Shown: piece by piece, positions 47,798 to 58,775 of the stretch
Layout: each line of letters opens with the position of its first letter
Position numbering within the stretch: position 1 is the first letter of the stretch
Source: Selaginella moellendorffii
Taxonomy: Eukaryota; Plantae; Lycopodiophyta
Direction of reading: 5' to 3'
Assembly: GCF_000143415.4 (NCBI RefSeq)
Contig: NW_003314262.1
Span: 5,676,304 to 5,740,303 of the forward strand
Length of the DNA stretch: 64,000 nucleotides
Made by a program: the position numbers and the translations under genes
The notes under the pieces: generated by a model
What the model was told of the DNA's origin: nothing
Databases searched by the model: none
Seen by the model: the letters and a program-made list of their open reading frames with translations, nothing else

Positions 47798-47870
47798 CGC
47801 GCCAGGCAGGGATCGGACCTGCGACTTTCTGCTTAGGAAACAGACGCTCTATCCGCTGAGCTACAGGCGC
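47798..47870 (-). tRNA. tRNA-Arg(CCT) with a non-canonical T-loop (TCCGA)
   Basis: GCGCCTGTAGCTCAGCGGATAGAGCG-TCTGT-TTCCTAA-GCAGA-AAGTC-GCAGG-TCCGATC-CCTGC-CTGGCGCG, 73 nt, with T-runs downstream. Confidence 0.92.
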
Positions 47871-47939
47871 TAAGCTGTGGAATTAAGAATGCTTAATTCG
47901 CTAAGTAACGAGTGAAAATCCTAGCGGATTGATGGATTG

Positions 47940-49659
47940 ATGGAGGCTATGGCGGAGACGAAATCCATCAATGCGCAGCCGAGAATGCGCAGGTGAGGCA
48001 AATGCTCGGCGAAAAGATGCGATTTTTAAAACTTTTTTTTTCAGGTATGCTGTGGCTGGAGCAGGATTTGCTGGTGTTTCCGTGGCCTGGCATCTCTTAC
48101 AGGTTCTTTTTCTCGGCAATGATCGTTGATCGATCACGCGTTTCCGTAGAGGTTTTCTTTTTGGTTTTTACTTTCGCGCAGTTCACGAATCCATCCGTGT
48201 CAGTCAGTGTTGAGCTCTTTGATGAGAGAGGCATTGCCGCTGGAGCGTCCGGTGCGTCCGGAGGATTGCTCCATCCATTTTCTCCAACAGGTTTGAGAGT
48301 TTCTTTCGTGTTTTGTCCTGAAGATTTGCTGCTCTCTTGCCAGGAAAATTACTCTGGAAAGGTGCCGAAGGATTTCGAGCATCGCTGGATTTGGTGGCTG
48401 TTGCCGAGTCGATGGTCCCAGAAGACGATGAGCCAATCTCATGGAAAAGGTTAGAACAATTATTTCTTTGTTCGTATGAAACTTCTCTGAAAGTTTGCGC
48501 GTCTATAGGGGGATCTTAAGACCTGCTCTTTGCGAGAAGCACACCCGGAACTTCCGAAAGGTTGGCTAAAGTTCCTCAAGAATTTTTATTTTTTTTCTAT
48601 CACTTGGTCGATTTGTTTTCACTAGAATGTGGATTGCAGCAATGGTAGCGCTGGAGCGCCAAGAATTCTCACCGCAAGAGAGGCCAAAGAACTACTTCCA
48701 GGGCTTTTCATGCAAGACGATCTCCTTGCGTTGCACATCCGCGCGGGAATAAACATCGATCCAAAGCGCTACCTGGAAGTAAGTTACCTTCGTTTCTCCT
48801 TAGAACTACAGAGCAAAGTTTCGAATCTCACAGGCACTGTGGAAAGCATGCCTCTCGTTCGCAAACTCCGCGCGAATGTCAGGCTGCCCTGGAACGAAAG
48901 CATCACTTCACAAGCGTCGCATCGCCAGTATCTGCGATCTCTCAGGTAGGAAGTAACAGTAGCTTCGGTCGATTCTAACAGGAACATCTCTTTTTTCTCG
49001 AAGATTACGACGCTGTGGTACTTTGCCTGGGCGCTCAAGCTCCATTGCTACCAGAACTCCAGGGAAAGTTACCACTTACGCCGTGCCGAGGAGTCGTAGC
49101 ACAAATGGAGCTGCCAGAGAAAAGGAGGTGAAAAAAAAAGCACTTTTTTCTCGTCGACCATACTGAAGAACACCTTTGCTTTGTCAGTGAACAGTTCAAT
49201 GGCACGGCACCTAGTGTTTTGTCCCGATCATGGTTGGCATTCCAGGGAAAGAGAAGGCTGCTGCTTGGAGCCACGAAAGAGGCCTTCATCTCCCCATCGC
49301 CAAGAGCACAAGATTTGTCAGCCCTGGAAGAGCTTTACCAGAAAGCCAGGCAGCTTTATCCCGGCATCTCACAGTGGGAAGTAACTGGCTTGCGAGAAGG
49401 CATCCGAGCGTTGCCACCGCGATATGGTGATCTGGGAGCGATCCCTTTGGTTGGAAGCCTGGATGGTGATGTGAGAACTTTGGAGTCACCAGCAAGGAAT
49501 GGCAAATGCCGGCCTCCTCGCTTGTGGATTTTTGGAGGGCTTGGTTCCAGGGGCCTGGTATACCACGCGTGGCTGGGAAGCAAAGTCGCCCAGGCCGTGG
49601 TTCTCGAGAACCAAGAGGTTCTTCCGCAAGAAGCGCGCCAGTGGAAAAACCTCACGTAA
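47940..49659 (+). CDS. FAD-dependent oxidoreductase (DAO family), multi-exon
   Basis: YAVAGAGFAGVSVAWHL (GxGxxG), GIAAGASGASGGLLHPFSP, VVLCLGA, GIRALPP, GGLGSRGLVYHAWLG. Confidence 0.9.
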
Positions 49660-49703
49660 AGGGTTTAAAGAGATTTTAAAAGTATACCAAGGGTTTAGGG
49701 TTT

Positions 49704-51400
49704 ATGGAGGCTGATGAAAGTTTGTCTAGGGAGTGCTTCACATTGGACGATCCCTCACCGCCAAGATCGTGGATTTCATAGACGTCAAAGTGCCAATCCT
49801 GGTGGAATGTATTTTCGGCGATCCCCCAGAGGGAACTACACTCTTGGATGAAGTGGGATTTCACGGTATTCGCTTCATAGTCGGGCCTCCCGGGAAAATC
49901 TACAAGCGTGTTCGTGGCCGCCAAGTTCTTGTCCAGTTGCTACGTACGCGGCCGAGAAGCCAGTGACAAGGCGCATTGCGTTTGTGTCGAGCGATGGCAA
50001 ACCCGTAGAGGGCTGTAGCCGCGGCTATCCAAGCAGCCTGTGATCGCGATGGGGATTCCGAGGAGCTGGCTCTTCTCAAGTCTTGGACTCGTTTCTACGA
50101 GAGTCTCGTCTGCGGTATACTATGTGGTGGACGATGGCGAGAACATCTCCGCTTCAAGCGACACTGCGTATTTCCTGGCCAGTTTGGTGCCTACATGCGC
50201 GCTTGTTTACTGCGCTTCCTTGTCTAGCGACTGGATGAACGTAATCCGGCATCATAAAATTCACAACTTCATGATCGTAGGGTCTCAAGGTATGTGTGTG
50301 ATTGAGTTCTCATGCAAGGTATGATCGAGCTCTCTTTCTAGAATGAATACGTTTTGTAAATTATTCAAGATCGACTTGACAAAGGGGGACTTATCCAGGC
50401 CTGGGACAAATCCGAAGTTGCTACTCTTGTACAACGTTGGAGGCCGAGGTTACCAAGTTTTTTGCTAGAAACCTCTCAAACACGAGCACCGGAAACGACA
50501 GTCTAGTGGAAGATCTAGCAGGGGTGAGAAAGCTCCTACCATTTAACCATGTTGTGGACAGCAAGTATTTGTATGTCGGTGAGGATGGTAACGCTGGAAT
50601 GCATCACGGACGAGCTGCGGTCGTTCTGCTCCAAACAGATGGCGGCTGTGATAGAGGAGCACGACGTTGGTCGAGCACACGACCTTTTCGAGGAGGTGGC
50701 CGAGGATCACAACACGATACGAATCGGCTGGAATGCGGAGGTGGCCGTGCTTCTAGCGCTCAAGTTTAAAAAACTCGACATCCGCTATGGGAGTGGTCTC
50801 AGCGTGAGGGCCGGGGTGCCTTCGTTTTAGCTTTTCCGGGGAGAGATCTCGGCCCGTTTGCAACCAGGCGTGTACGTACCGCGATCGTAGCGTTCCAGGT
50901 CTTGGTTGCTCGGAATGGAGAGTCACGTCACCATGGTACGCTTGAGAAGGCGGAAGCATTGTTTCGAGCTGCAGGCAAGGAGCTCAAGATCCTCGTCTAT
51001 GTCATGCCGTGTTGCAAGTTTACGTCTCACCTGGTGGAGTCTGCGCAGTACGATGGTCTGAGCTACTACTACGTGACGATGTCATTTTGCGAGCTGAGTA
51101 GCACGCTGCGAGTGATAGACAACACGCTGGCCAAGATCACAAGCTTTTCGATTCGTCAGGTATACGAGCTCTAGAGTTTTGAGACGAGTTTTACGATTGT
51201 TCTTGCAGAAGAGCGATGCGTACAAGAGTCTTAATCTTTGACGTTCCAGTTGGGCTTTTCGCGTGAAGAAGTCCTTGCAAGAGTAAAGGCGTCAACGATC
51301 AGGACTTGGAACCTCCAAGATCAAGAACCATACTTATCAGTGGCCACCAAGAGGTTCGTGGAGACTTTCTCTGCTGCTCCAAACCTTTGAAGTTGATCAG
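49704..51400 (+). pseudogene. Decayed P-loop NTPase + putative PD-(D/E)xK nuclease gene (Crinkler/CR-effector-like)
   Basis: IVGPPG continues in the +1 frame as GKSTSVF (split Walker A, 49883-49904). Then YYVVDDG (Walker B), VYCAS, GTNPKLL, GWNAEVAVLLAL and GVYVPRS, with multiple frameshifts and stops. Confidence 0.55.
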
Positions 51401-51769
51401 TAACGAGCAAGTGGAACGTCAAAGATCAAGATTTAGTATTCCATGTTTTATGTGTAATTTACCTATCTTCACTTTTTCATAGTCTGCTGCTCAATCCTAG
51501 AAAAACGTTTCGAATCTCACTTCAACGATCAAATCTCCATGGTGGGTTAGTACTTTCTAGATTTGATTTTGCACAGTTGATTCCCGATCTCATGGTTGAT
51601 TCCCTCCAATTGTATCACGTTTTGTACTGTTGAGTGATCCCATTGCATCACATAATCTAACTGTGTATGTCCCTGAGTTTCCTGAAAAAGGCATATTTGC
51701 CACTATGAAAGCATAAAGAATCCATTTTGAAAGTACTTCATTCTTCCAATTCTCCGTTTTCTCTTCCAG

Positions 51770-54350
51770 CCAGCGACTGCGTTCTCCACCGCCAGAATCC
51801 TCAGCGTGCCATCTTCCTCGAGCTTGAGCAGGACAAGATCCAGTGCTGCCTTCACTCAAAGACGCAGGGCCGAGAAGAACGCCCTCGAAGAGCTGCTGAG
51901 CGTTGAGACTCGCAACCACATCCTCTCATGCCCGTGTGCGGCAATGCTTGAGATCGTAGCCGAGAAGCCGCTTGTGGAAGCGTACCATGCTTATGACCAG
52001 CTCCTCTACGTTCCATCCGATCGGCTTATCGGCCCCCGGTCACGCTTGCAGTCGAGCCGGACAGCTCCGGCCCATTTCTGGATATCTGGAAACTCCAGCC
52101 CGCTTTATAACTTCTCGAAGTGCTCCATGATGTAGAGCTCGCCTTGCGATCGCAGATACGGGCAGAGGATATGGAATAGCCGCCGCTCCTCGTCATACCA
52201 GAAGAGTTTCATGCTAGCCTTCTCTTGCGTGAACTCGTGACCACCGAGACCACCAAAGCCATTCCAGCTGAAAGTTCTTTCCTGCTTGCCGAGGATGCGC
52301 AGGCACTGAGTTCGGCAGCGTTGTCCTTGAGCACCGATGACAGATAAAGCATCGCCACCAGGCAAAGGTACTGCGAGGATTCTACTAAATCTACCTTGTT
52401 TTGTCGCAAGCCTCGCACCATCATCGACAAAGTCATTCGAAGCACTTATTTTCTCTCACCACCGAAACGTTATGCGGATGGGCCGAGCTGTGCCACCTCG
52501 CTGGCCACCCTCCGGAGCAGGATCAAGGAGGCCGATCATCTAGAGGCTGTGGAATGCGAGGCGACCAAACTCTACAAAGAAGGCTACGTTCCAGTTGAGG
52601 CAGCGGATTGGGAAAAGGATTACCGGAGCAGCCTCGGCGCCGTCATTGTCTATACCGGGGTCGGTGAAATAGACTGGACCCGAGGATTTGGAAGCGGACG
52701 CGGAGCGAGAGCCTAGCGCATGGCAGTGGCGTCATGTCACAAACACCGAATTCAAGGAGCTTCTCTCCACTTTGCAGGAAAGTAAGCTCCTGCTCCACCT
52801 GGTGACGCGTCGGCCACCTCATTCCATCTTCCTCTCCCATCGCGGTCTACTTCTGTGTTACACACTCCAGGCCGTGGCTAGAGAGGAGCCCCACGTTTCC
52901 ATTCGCAGCATTTCGAAAGATTAGTTGTGCGTGCGCTCTTCTTTTTCTGTAGACTTCTAAGTCCTGCCTCTTATTGCAGATGATTGTCTTGCAAGGAATG
53001 AAGATCCCAGTCGGACTACCGCGATCGAAGCAGAAGTGGAAGATGCCACTCGGCCTAACGAAGCAGAAGAAGCAGATATTGACATAGAAGAAGATGAAGA
53101 TCCCACTCGGACTATCGAAGCTGCAGAAGAAGTGGTAAGCTGTTCGGTTGCTCTTTATTTTCACATTTTTATTTGGTCGCCTTACAGGTTCTTCAATCAC
53201 CCTCGGGATACTTGGAGCGTGTCCCGTCTTATGTCGAAAGCTTACAGAGGCAGAGAGCTCTATACTTGCTCCATGAACTGTAAGATCTAAGTAGTGTGCT
53301 ATGCTTCCTCTGATTTTCTTTTCTACACAGCCGATCAGAGAAGACACGAGCTGTTGTCTATCCACTGCCTAGTCCCGAGTGCCCCATGGTGCTAGTGCCA
53401 TGCGCTTTGAAATCTGGCAGAGACGTGTGGCAGCTACATGGTTATCGTTCCGCTTGTTCTCGGGATTCACGGAGCCTTTTGGTACGAGAGCAAGCTCGAG
53501 GTCTTTGTCAAGGACGAGGTTCTACGTAGCAAGCACTCGAACATCACTTCCTTTCTCGACTTTGTGGTCTACCACAGGAAAGCGAAGCCGGGAGATCGTG
53601 TTCCAACTCCGATGGACTTTGTGGAAGGTCTGGCAAAATCTAATCTAACCGAGCTCCATGCTGCCGGCATCTGAGGATGATTGCTCCGACTGTATGAAGT
53701 GTGCGTCAAGGGCCTGGTAGACAAGTTTCATTTCCAAGAATAAAATCAACAGCGTGGTCTTTGGTATCAACCCTCTTTAGCAACGCAAATACGTAACCTA
53801 CGGGTGGCTATGAGCCTAGAACTCGCTCCAAATGCCACCCATCACCTTGACTCGTATTTGCACATCTTCTCCTCCGACTCCCTGAAGAGGAGCAGGATGG
53901 CCACAAACTCCCCTCATTGGTGATGCGCCGCTGAAATGCCTTTTTATGTCCGGAGAGTTGTTCACGAACATATCAACAGCTCGAGTGTAATCAACAGAAT
54001 TGGCATCTATTATCAAAGTTGGAATCCAGACTTTCCTGTGGTCTTGCATGTATTGCGAGCAATTTTCTTATCCCATGATTCCCATCCCACATGTTCAAAG
54101 TGGAAGAGAAGCACAAAGTATTTGAGTGGACGACTTTGATGCTTTGGTCTCCAGGCGTGGGTAGATGGCTCCATGCCTGGCTCACAGATAGCGACGGTGG
54201 AGAACCTCGGCGACGCGATCGCGTCCTAGTGGGCAACGCAAAACTGATGCGTTGTACCATCCCTTCATCTGTATTTGTTGGTCACACTTCCCCGAGAGAG
54301 TTTAGCATATACGACAGAATGAACATCTTCTCCAGCGAGAGCTTCTTCTA
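51770..54350 (+). pseudogene. Degenerate coding-like region(s) of unknown family
   Basis: GC-rich coding-like segments with short GT-AG introns and an acidic repeat (EDPTRTIEAAEE), broken by stops and frameshifts. Confidence 0.35.
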
Positions 54351-54553
54351 ACAGATTGAAAGGAAAGAAAGGTATTTATCTATGTCAAGAAGCGACCAGG
54401 GTGAAGCTCGGGTTGGCAACAAATCACCTTCCACTTGGTCGACAGCAATTCTTCTTTCAACAGTATCGCGAGCCATAACATGATTGCTTGATTCTCAAGG
54501 TTTGTTCTTTCTCATATGCATATATAGGGTCGATTCTTGACATTCCGCCAGCA

Positions 54554-55220
54554 GCAGAATCGCTTTGGCGGCAAGTGTTGGAGAAGAGAATGTAGAGGTA
54601 GCAAATCCAGTCGTGGGCTTCCGGGAGATAGGGCATGCTCGCGATCAAGTTCTCGGCGTCTACCAGATGCCCAGCTCGCCCAGCAGATCGACCATGCATC
54701 CATACTGCTGCTTACTCGGCTTCCATCCCAGGAATCCGACTGATCTGGCGTCGCCCAAGAACACAGGTGAAGCATGTCTCATCGGGCTGCCGCCATCGCC
54801 GAGAAGAACTCCACTGCGTCATTGGGCTGCCCTCTCTACGCGTACGCGACGAGGATCACCGTCCATGACAAAACGTCTTGCTCGGGCATCGCTTCAAACA
54901 ATCGCCTCCACTAGATGCCCTTTTTGGGCATTGCCGTCGAGCATGTGATCTCTCCGGCATCTAATCGAAGATAGATTTTGTCTGGTCGAAACTACTTTTT
55001 TGTGCGACAGCCGACAGTAATAAGGTTCTTGTCGGGCATCCCTCCAAAGACGCTGCGAGCTTTTTCCAGATGCCCATGCTGGCCATAAACCACGAGAATT
55101 GCGTTCCAGGAGACGAGATCCCTGTCGGGCATCTTGTCAAAGATCCACTGCGCATGTTTGTTCTTCACATTTCTCGTACCCCGTGAGATCCTTCTCCGGC
55201 ATTTGATCGAAGACCTTCCT
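54554..55220 (-). pseudogene. Deletion-riddled copy of the 3' half of the PPR at 56869-58677
   Basis: Blocks nearly identical to about 56884-57760 (e.g. AGHLVDAENLIASMPYLPEAHDWICYL), separated by many deletions. Confidence 0.9.
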
Positions 55221-56561
55221 GTGAGAACTTTTCCCGACCTTTAACTATACCAGCGAACCTGATGCGCAAGAATGAAATAGTAGAGCAGTCCGAGCGTAGC
55301 TCCGCATTGTTCTCCAGGCGCGGAAAGTCCAACTAGAAGCATTGAGTTGAAGGGATCGATCCACCATGCCTGGAGAAAATACGATACAAGTGAGTGAAAG
55401 TTTTACTTTGCAAACAATATCTGCTGTTAGCAACCGCTCGTGAGCTCTTTCGTAACTATGGTTGCTTCGGAAATCCACCACTTCATACATGAGTCAATCA
55501 AGCCTGAGGAACTGCACAAAGAAATAAAGAAGATAGAGTGTATGCAAAAAGGACTTGGCAAATGAGTTTTGCGACTCAACAGTTAAACAAAAATTAAGTT
55601 TTGAAGTTCACAATGGAATTATTGGAATCTTTGTAAACACCACCTTTTTTTAGGGGCTGAGAATTAGCTACATTAATGTGTGCATCAAGGCAAGATGATG
55701 GGAACTGGTTCACCACTATGGCTCTCCACTGAGCTGGTTCTATTGAGCGTCCTCCTAGCATGCAAAGAACAAAATGGTGACTTTAAAAATAAAATGCTGC
55801 TTAAATTTAAATATAAAGCAAACCATAATTGCTACTAAACCTTCACGATTCGCATTACCAAGTTCATCCAAATGTGCCAAGTCAAGCCTGAGCAGGCTAC
55901 AGTTATATAAGCAAAGCAAAGACTTCACTCACCTTGGATTGATAATCTCCAGCAAAGCCTTGTATTTGCACATCTTCTCCACGAGCCTGAGGAGAAGAGG
56001 AACAATTTCAGCACGAGGTCGTCTGCCTGACTATCTCGAAGACGAGAAGGCTACTCAAGAGCTCTTGACCATTTTGAGTTTGAGAACCAAGGGTGAACAG
56101 CCACGGAGTTTTGGTGACATGGCAGTCCCTCCACTCGGATGGAGTGGCTACTGCTATCTGTCACAACACAGAAATGAAGTTATGGCGGGTCCAAATTCAA
56201 ATCCCCTCATCGGTGATGCTCTCTCGAGCTACAAACGCTGAGATGCCTTCTCCTCAAATAATGATATCTTTAAATTAGGTCAAGCACAAAAGCTTCATGC
56301 ACCAGTCATTGTTAAACATTTGTTATAGGCTATCACGACTTTGTGACCCGTGAGTCTGGCTACAAGATTTCAGGAAGTGCGATTGTTCACACCCGTGTCG
56401 GTCTTTGGAAGAGACTGTAAAACCAGAGGGTGATATGTTGTAAACTTCAATGCAAATTATCTGAACATTAACCGCAAATTCTGTTGGGGATATTCGCTGA
56501 GCATGATTCGCATGATGTCCCAGCATACCAAGGATTTTATGCTTCTTAGAGTTGAAATTTG

Positions 56562-56754
56562 GGCTGGTTGTGCCGGGGAAGGCACTAGTGTAAGGCCAAC
56601 CCGACACGCGGAAGGCCCGGTAGCAAGCTACCGGTGGCCCCCCTCCCACAAAAAAATTAGAGAATAGCGTTGGAACACATGGTCCCAATATCAGCTATTA
56701 ACTGATAAGAACGGATACTACACACGATCTAAGCCAAGAGGCTGAGAAAGGTAT
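56562..56754 (-). ncRNA. U2: U2 spliceosomal snRNA, divergent variant
   Basis: ATACCTTTCTCAGCCTCTTGGCTTAGATCGTGTGTAGTATCCGTTCTTATCAGTTAATAGCTGATA..; branch-pairing GTAGTA, Sm site AATTTTTTG, and stems IIa, IIb and III can form. The 3' end is approximate. Confidence 0.92.
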
Positions 56755-56778
56755 GAATTCTTCATACCCAGCCCGCTC

Positions 56779-56826
56779 TTTATATACTCAAGCCCTGGCA
56801 CGCGTTTGCACCATTGCATGTGGGAT
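56779..56826 (-). promoter_or_regulatory. Plant snRNA promoter: USE + TATA
   Basis: ATCCCACAT (USE, starting 56826) and TATATAAA (56786-56779, at -32), about 30 bp apart, closer to Pol II-type spacing. Confidence 0.8.
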
Positions 56827-56868
56827 AGGGCGTAAACATTTCTGATTAGGGTACAGGTGGCTGCCACC

Positions 56869-58677
56869 TCAGACTTTCATATTCGCAGAATCGTTTTGCT
56901 TCCTTTGGCGGCAAGTGTTAGAGAGGAGAACGTAGGGCACCGGGTCCGCTGGCCGCAGCTCCATCGCTCTCTCCGCCGCTTGGGCGCTTCGATCGACATT
57001 GCTATAGCTCGTGCACGCCCCCAGGTAGCAAATCCAGTCGTGGGCTTCCGGGAGATAGGGCATGCTCGCGATCAAGTTCTCGGCGTCTACCAGATGCCCA
57101 GCTCGCCCCAGCAGATCGACCATGCATCCATACTGCTGCTTGCTCGGCTTCATCCCGAAATCGATGATCAGGGATCCGAAGTAGCTCCGCCCGGACCTGG
57201 CGTCGCCCGTGTGGCTGCACACCGCGTGAAGAACACAGGTGAAGCACGTCTCATCGGGCTGGATCCCTTCCACCGCCATCGCCGAGAAGAACTCCACTGC
57301 GTCGCTGGGCTGCCCTCTCTGCGCGTACGCGACGAGGATCGCGGTCCATGACACAACGTCTTGCTCGGGCATCGATTCAAACAATCGCCTGGCGGTCGCT
57401 AGATGCCCCTTTTGGGCATACAGTGCGAGCAATGCCGTCCAGCATACGTGATCTCTCTCCGGCATCGAATCGAAGATAGATTTTGTCTGGTCGAAATCCC
57501 CTGTCTGTGCGACCGCCGACAGCATTGTCGTCCAGGAGACAAGGTTCTTGTGAGGCATTCCTCCAAAGACGCTGCGAGATTCTTCCAGATGCCCATTCTG
57601 GGCATAAACCACGAGAATCGCGTTCCAGGAGACGAGATCCCTGTCCGGCATCGCGTCGAAGATCCACTGCGCCTGCTGGATCTTCACATTTCTCGCGTAC
57701 CCGGTGAGCATCGCAGTCCAGGAGATGAGATCTTTCTCCGGCATCTGATCGAAGATCTTCCTCGCCTCATCGAGCAGCCCGATCTGCGAGTACATGCACA
57801 GCATCACGGTCCAGGACGCCGAATCCCTCGCCGGCATTCGATCGAACACCTCCCTCGCCTCGCGCGGCAGCCGATTCTCCGAGAAGAGCAGCAGCATCGT
57901 GTTGCAGACGAAGAGATCCGTGCAGGGCATTCGATCGAAGACGCGGCGAGCGTCCCGGAGATCCCCTCGTGACGCGATCGCCGCTAGCATAGCCGTCCAG
58001 GAGATGAGATTGCGCTGGGGCATGGAATCGAACACCGACCTGGCATCTTCCAGCTGCGCAGCGTGGGAATATGCCGTGAGCAAGGAGTTCCAGGACACGA
58101 GGTCCCGCCGGGGCATCGTGTGGAAGAGGCTGACGGCATCTTTTAGATGCCCGTTCTGGGCATACGCCGCCACGATGCTGTTCCAGGAGATTAGGTTTCG
58201 CTCGGGCATGGAATCGAAGAGATTCTTAGCATCTTCCAGATGCCCATTTCGGGCATTTGCGCTGATGATCGCATTCCAGGATGATAGATCCCTCTCCAGC
58301 ATGGAATCAAAAGCGTTCTTGGCCTCTTGGATCTTGCCGTCCTCCGAGTAGGCTGTGAGAATCGTGTTCCAGGAGATTAGATCCCACTCCGGCATCGCGG
58401 CGAAGATCTGCTCGGCGCTGGCTAGATCTTTGTTCTGGACAGATGCCGCGAGCATGAGATTCCAGGAGTAGAGGTCTTTGGTCTCGATCGCGTCGAAAAT
58501 CTGGCGAGCGGCCTCCAGGCTCTTGCATTTTCCATACATTTGGAGTAGGAGATTTGAGAGGAAGACGATAGATCTGGATGGGAGCTCGCATTGCGATGCG
58601 ATTCTGACGTGCGCGGCTTTGGCGTCGGGGAGGGTCTTGCAAGAGCGTATGAGCTCCACGCAATCGCACAGCTCCAT
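56869..58677 (-). CDS. PLS-class PPR protein (S/SS array + E domain, no DYW)
   Basis: Intronless 602 aa with repeated ISWN/T..AYAQNGHL..A..FD.MP.R units, QQYGCMVDLLGRAG and PYVLLSN. Confidence 0.93.
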   Translation of the reverse strand: MELCDCVELIRSCKTLPDAKAAHVRIASQCELPSRSIVFLSNLLLQMYGKCKSLEAARQIFDAIETKDLYSWNLMLAASVQNKDLASAEQIFAAMPEWDLISWNTILTAYSEDGKIQEAKNAFDSMLERDLSSWNAIISANARNGHLEDAKNLFDSMPERNLISWNSIVAAYAQNGHLKDAVSLFHTMPRRDLVSWNSLLTAYSHAAQLEDARSVFDSMPQRNLISWTAMLAAIASRGDLRDARRVFDRMPCTDLFVCNTMLLLFSENRLPREAREVFDRMPARDSASWTVMLCMYSQIGLLDEARKIFDQMPEKDLISWTAMLTGYARNVKIQQAQWIFDAMPDRDLVSWNAILVVYAQNGHLEESRSVFGGMPHKNLVSWTTMLSAVAQTGDFDQTKSIFDSMPERDHVCWTALLALYAQKGHLATARRLFESMPEQDVVSWTAILVAYAQRGQPSDAVEFFSAMAVEGIQPDETCFTCVLHAVCSHTGDARSGRSYFGSLIIDFGMKPSKQQYGCMVDLLGRAGHLVDAENLIASMPYLPEAHDWICYLGACTSYSNVDRSAQAAERAMELRPADPVPYVLLSNTCRQRKQNDSANMKV

Positions 58678-58775
58678 TCATTGGTAAGAACAGGGCGAGA
58701 TCGACGGTCGGGACGGTTCTATTTCGTATTCAACGGACAGGATCTCGTCTGCCCATCTTTTTTTTCGAGAGAGCT

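Noticed and set aside
34959-49659. Dioxygenases + catalase + FAD oxidoreductase as one biosynthetic cluster
   Set aside because: No scaffold-forming enzyme; catalase and the oxidoreductase are conserved genes separated by unrelated loci.
55774-56241. 155-aa ORF
   Set aside because: No motif or coherent exon structure could be supported.
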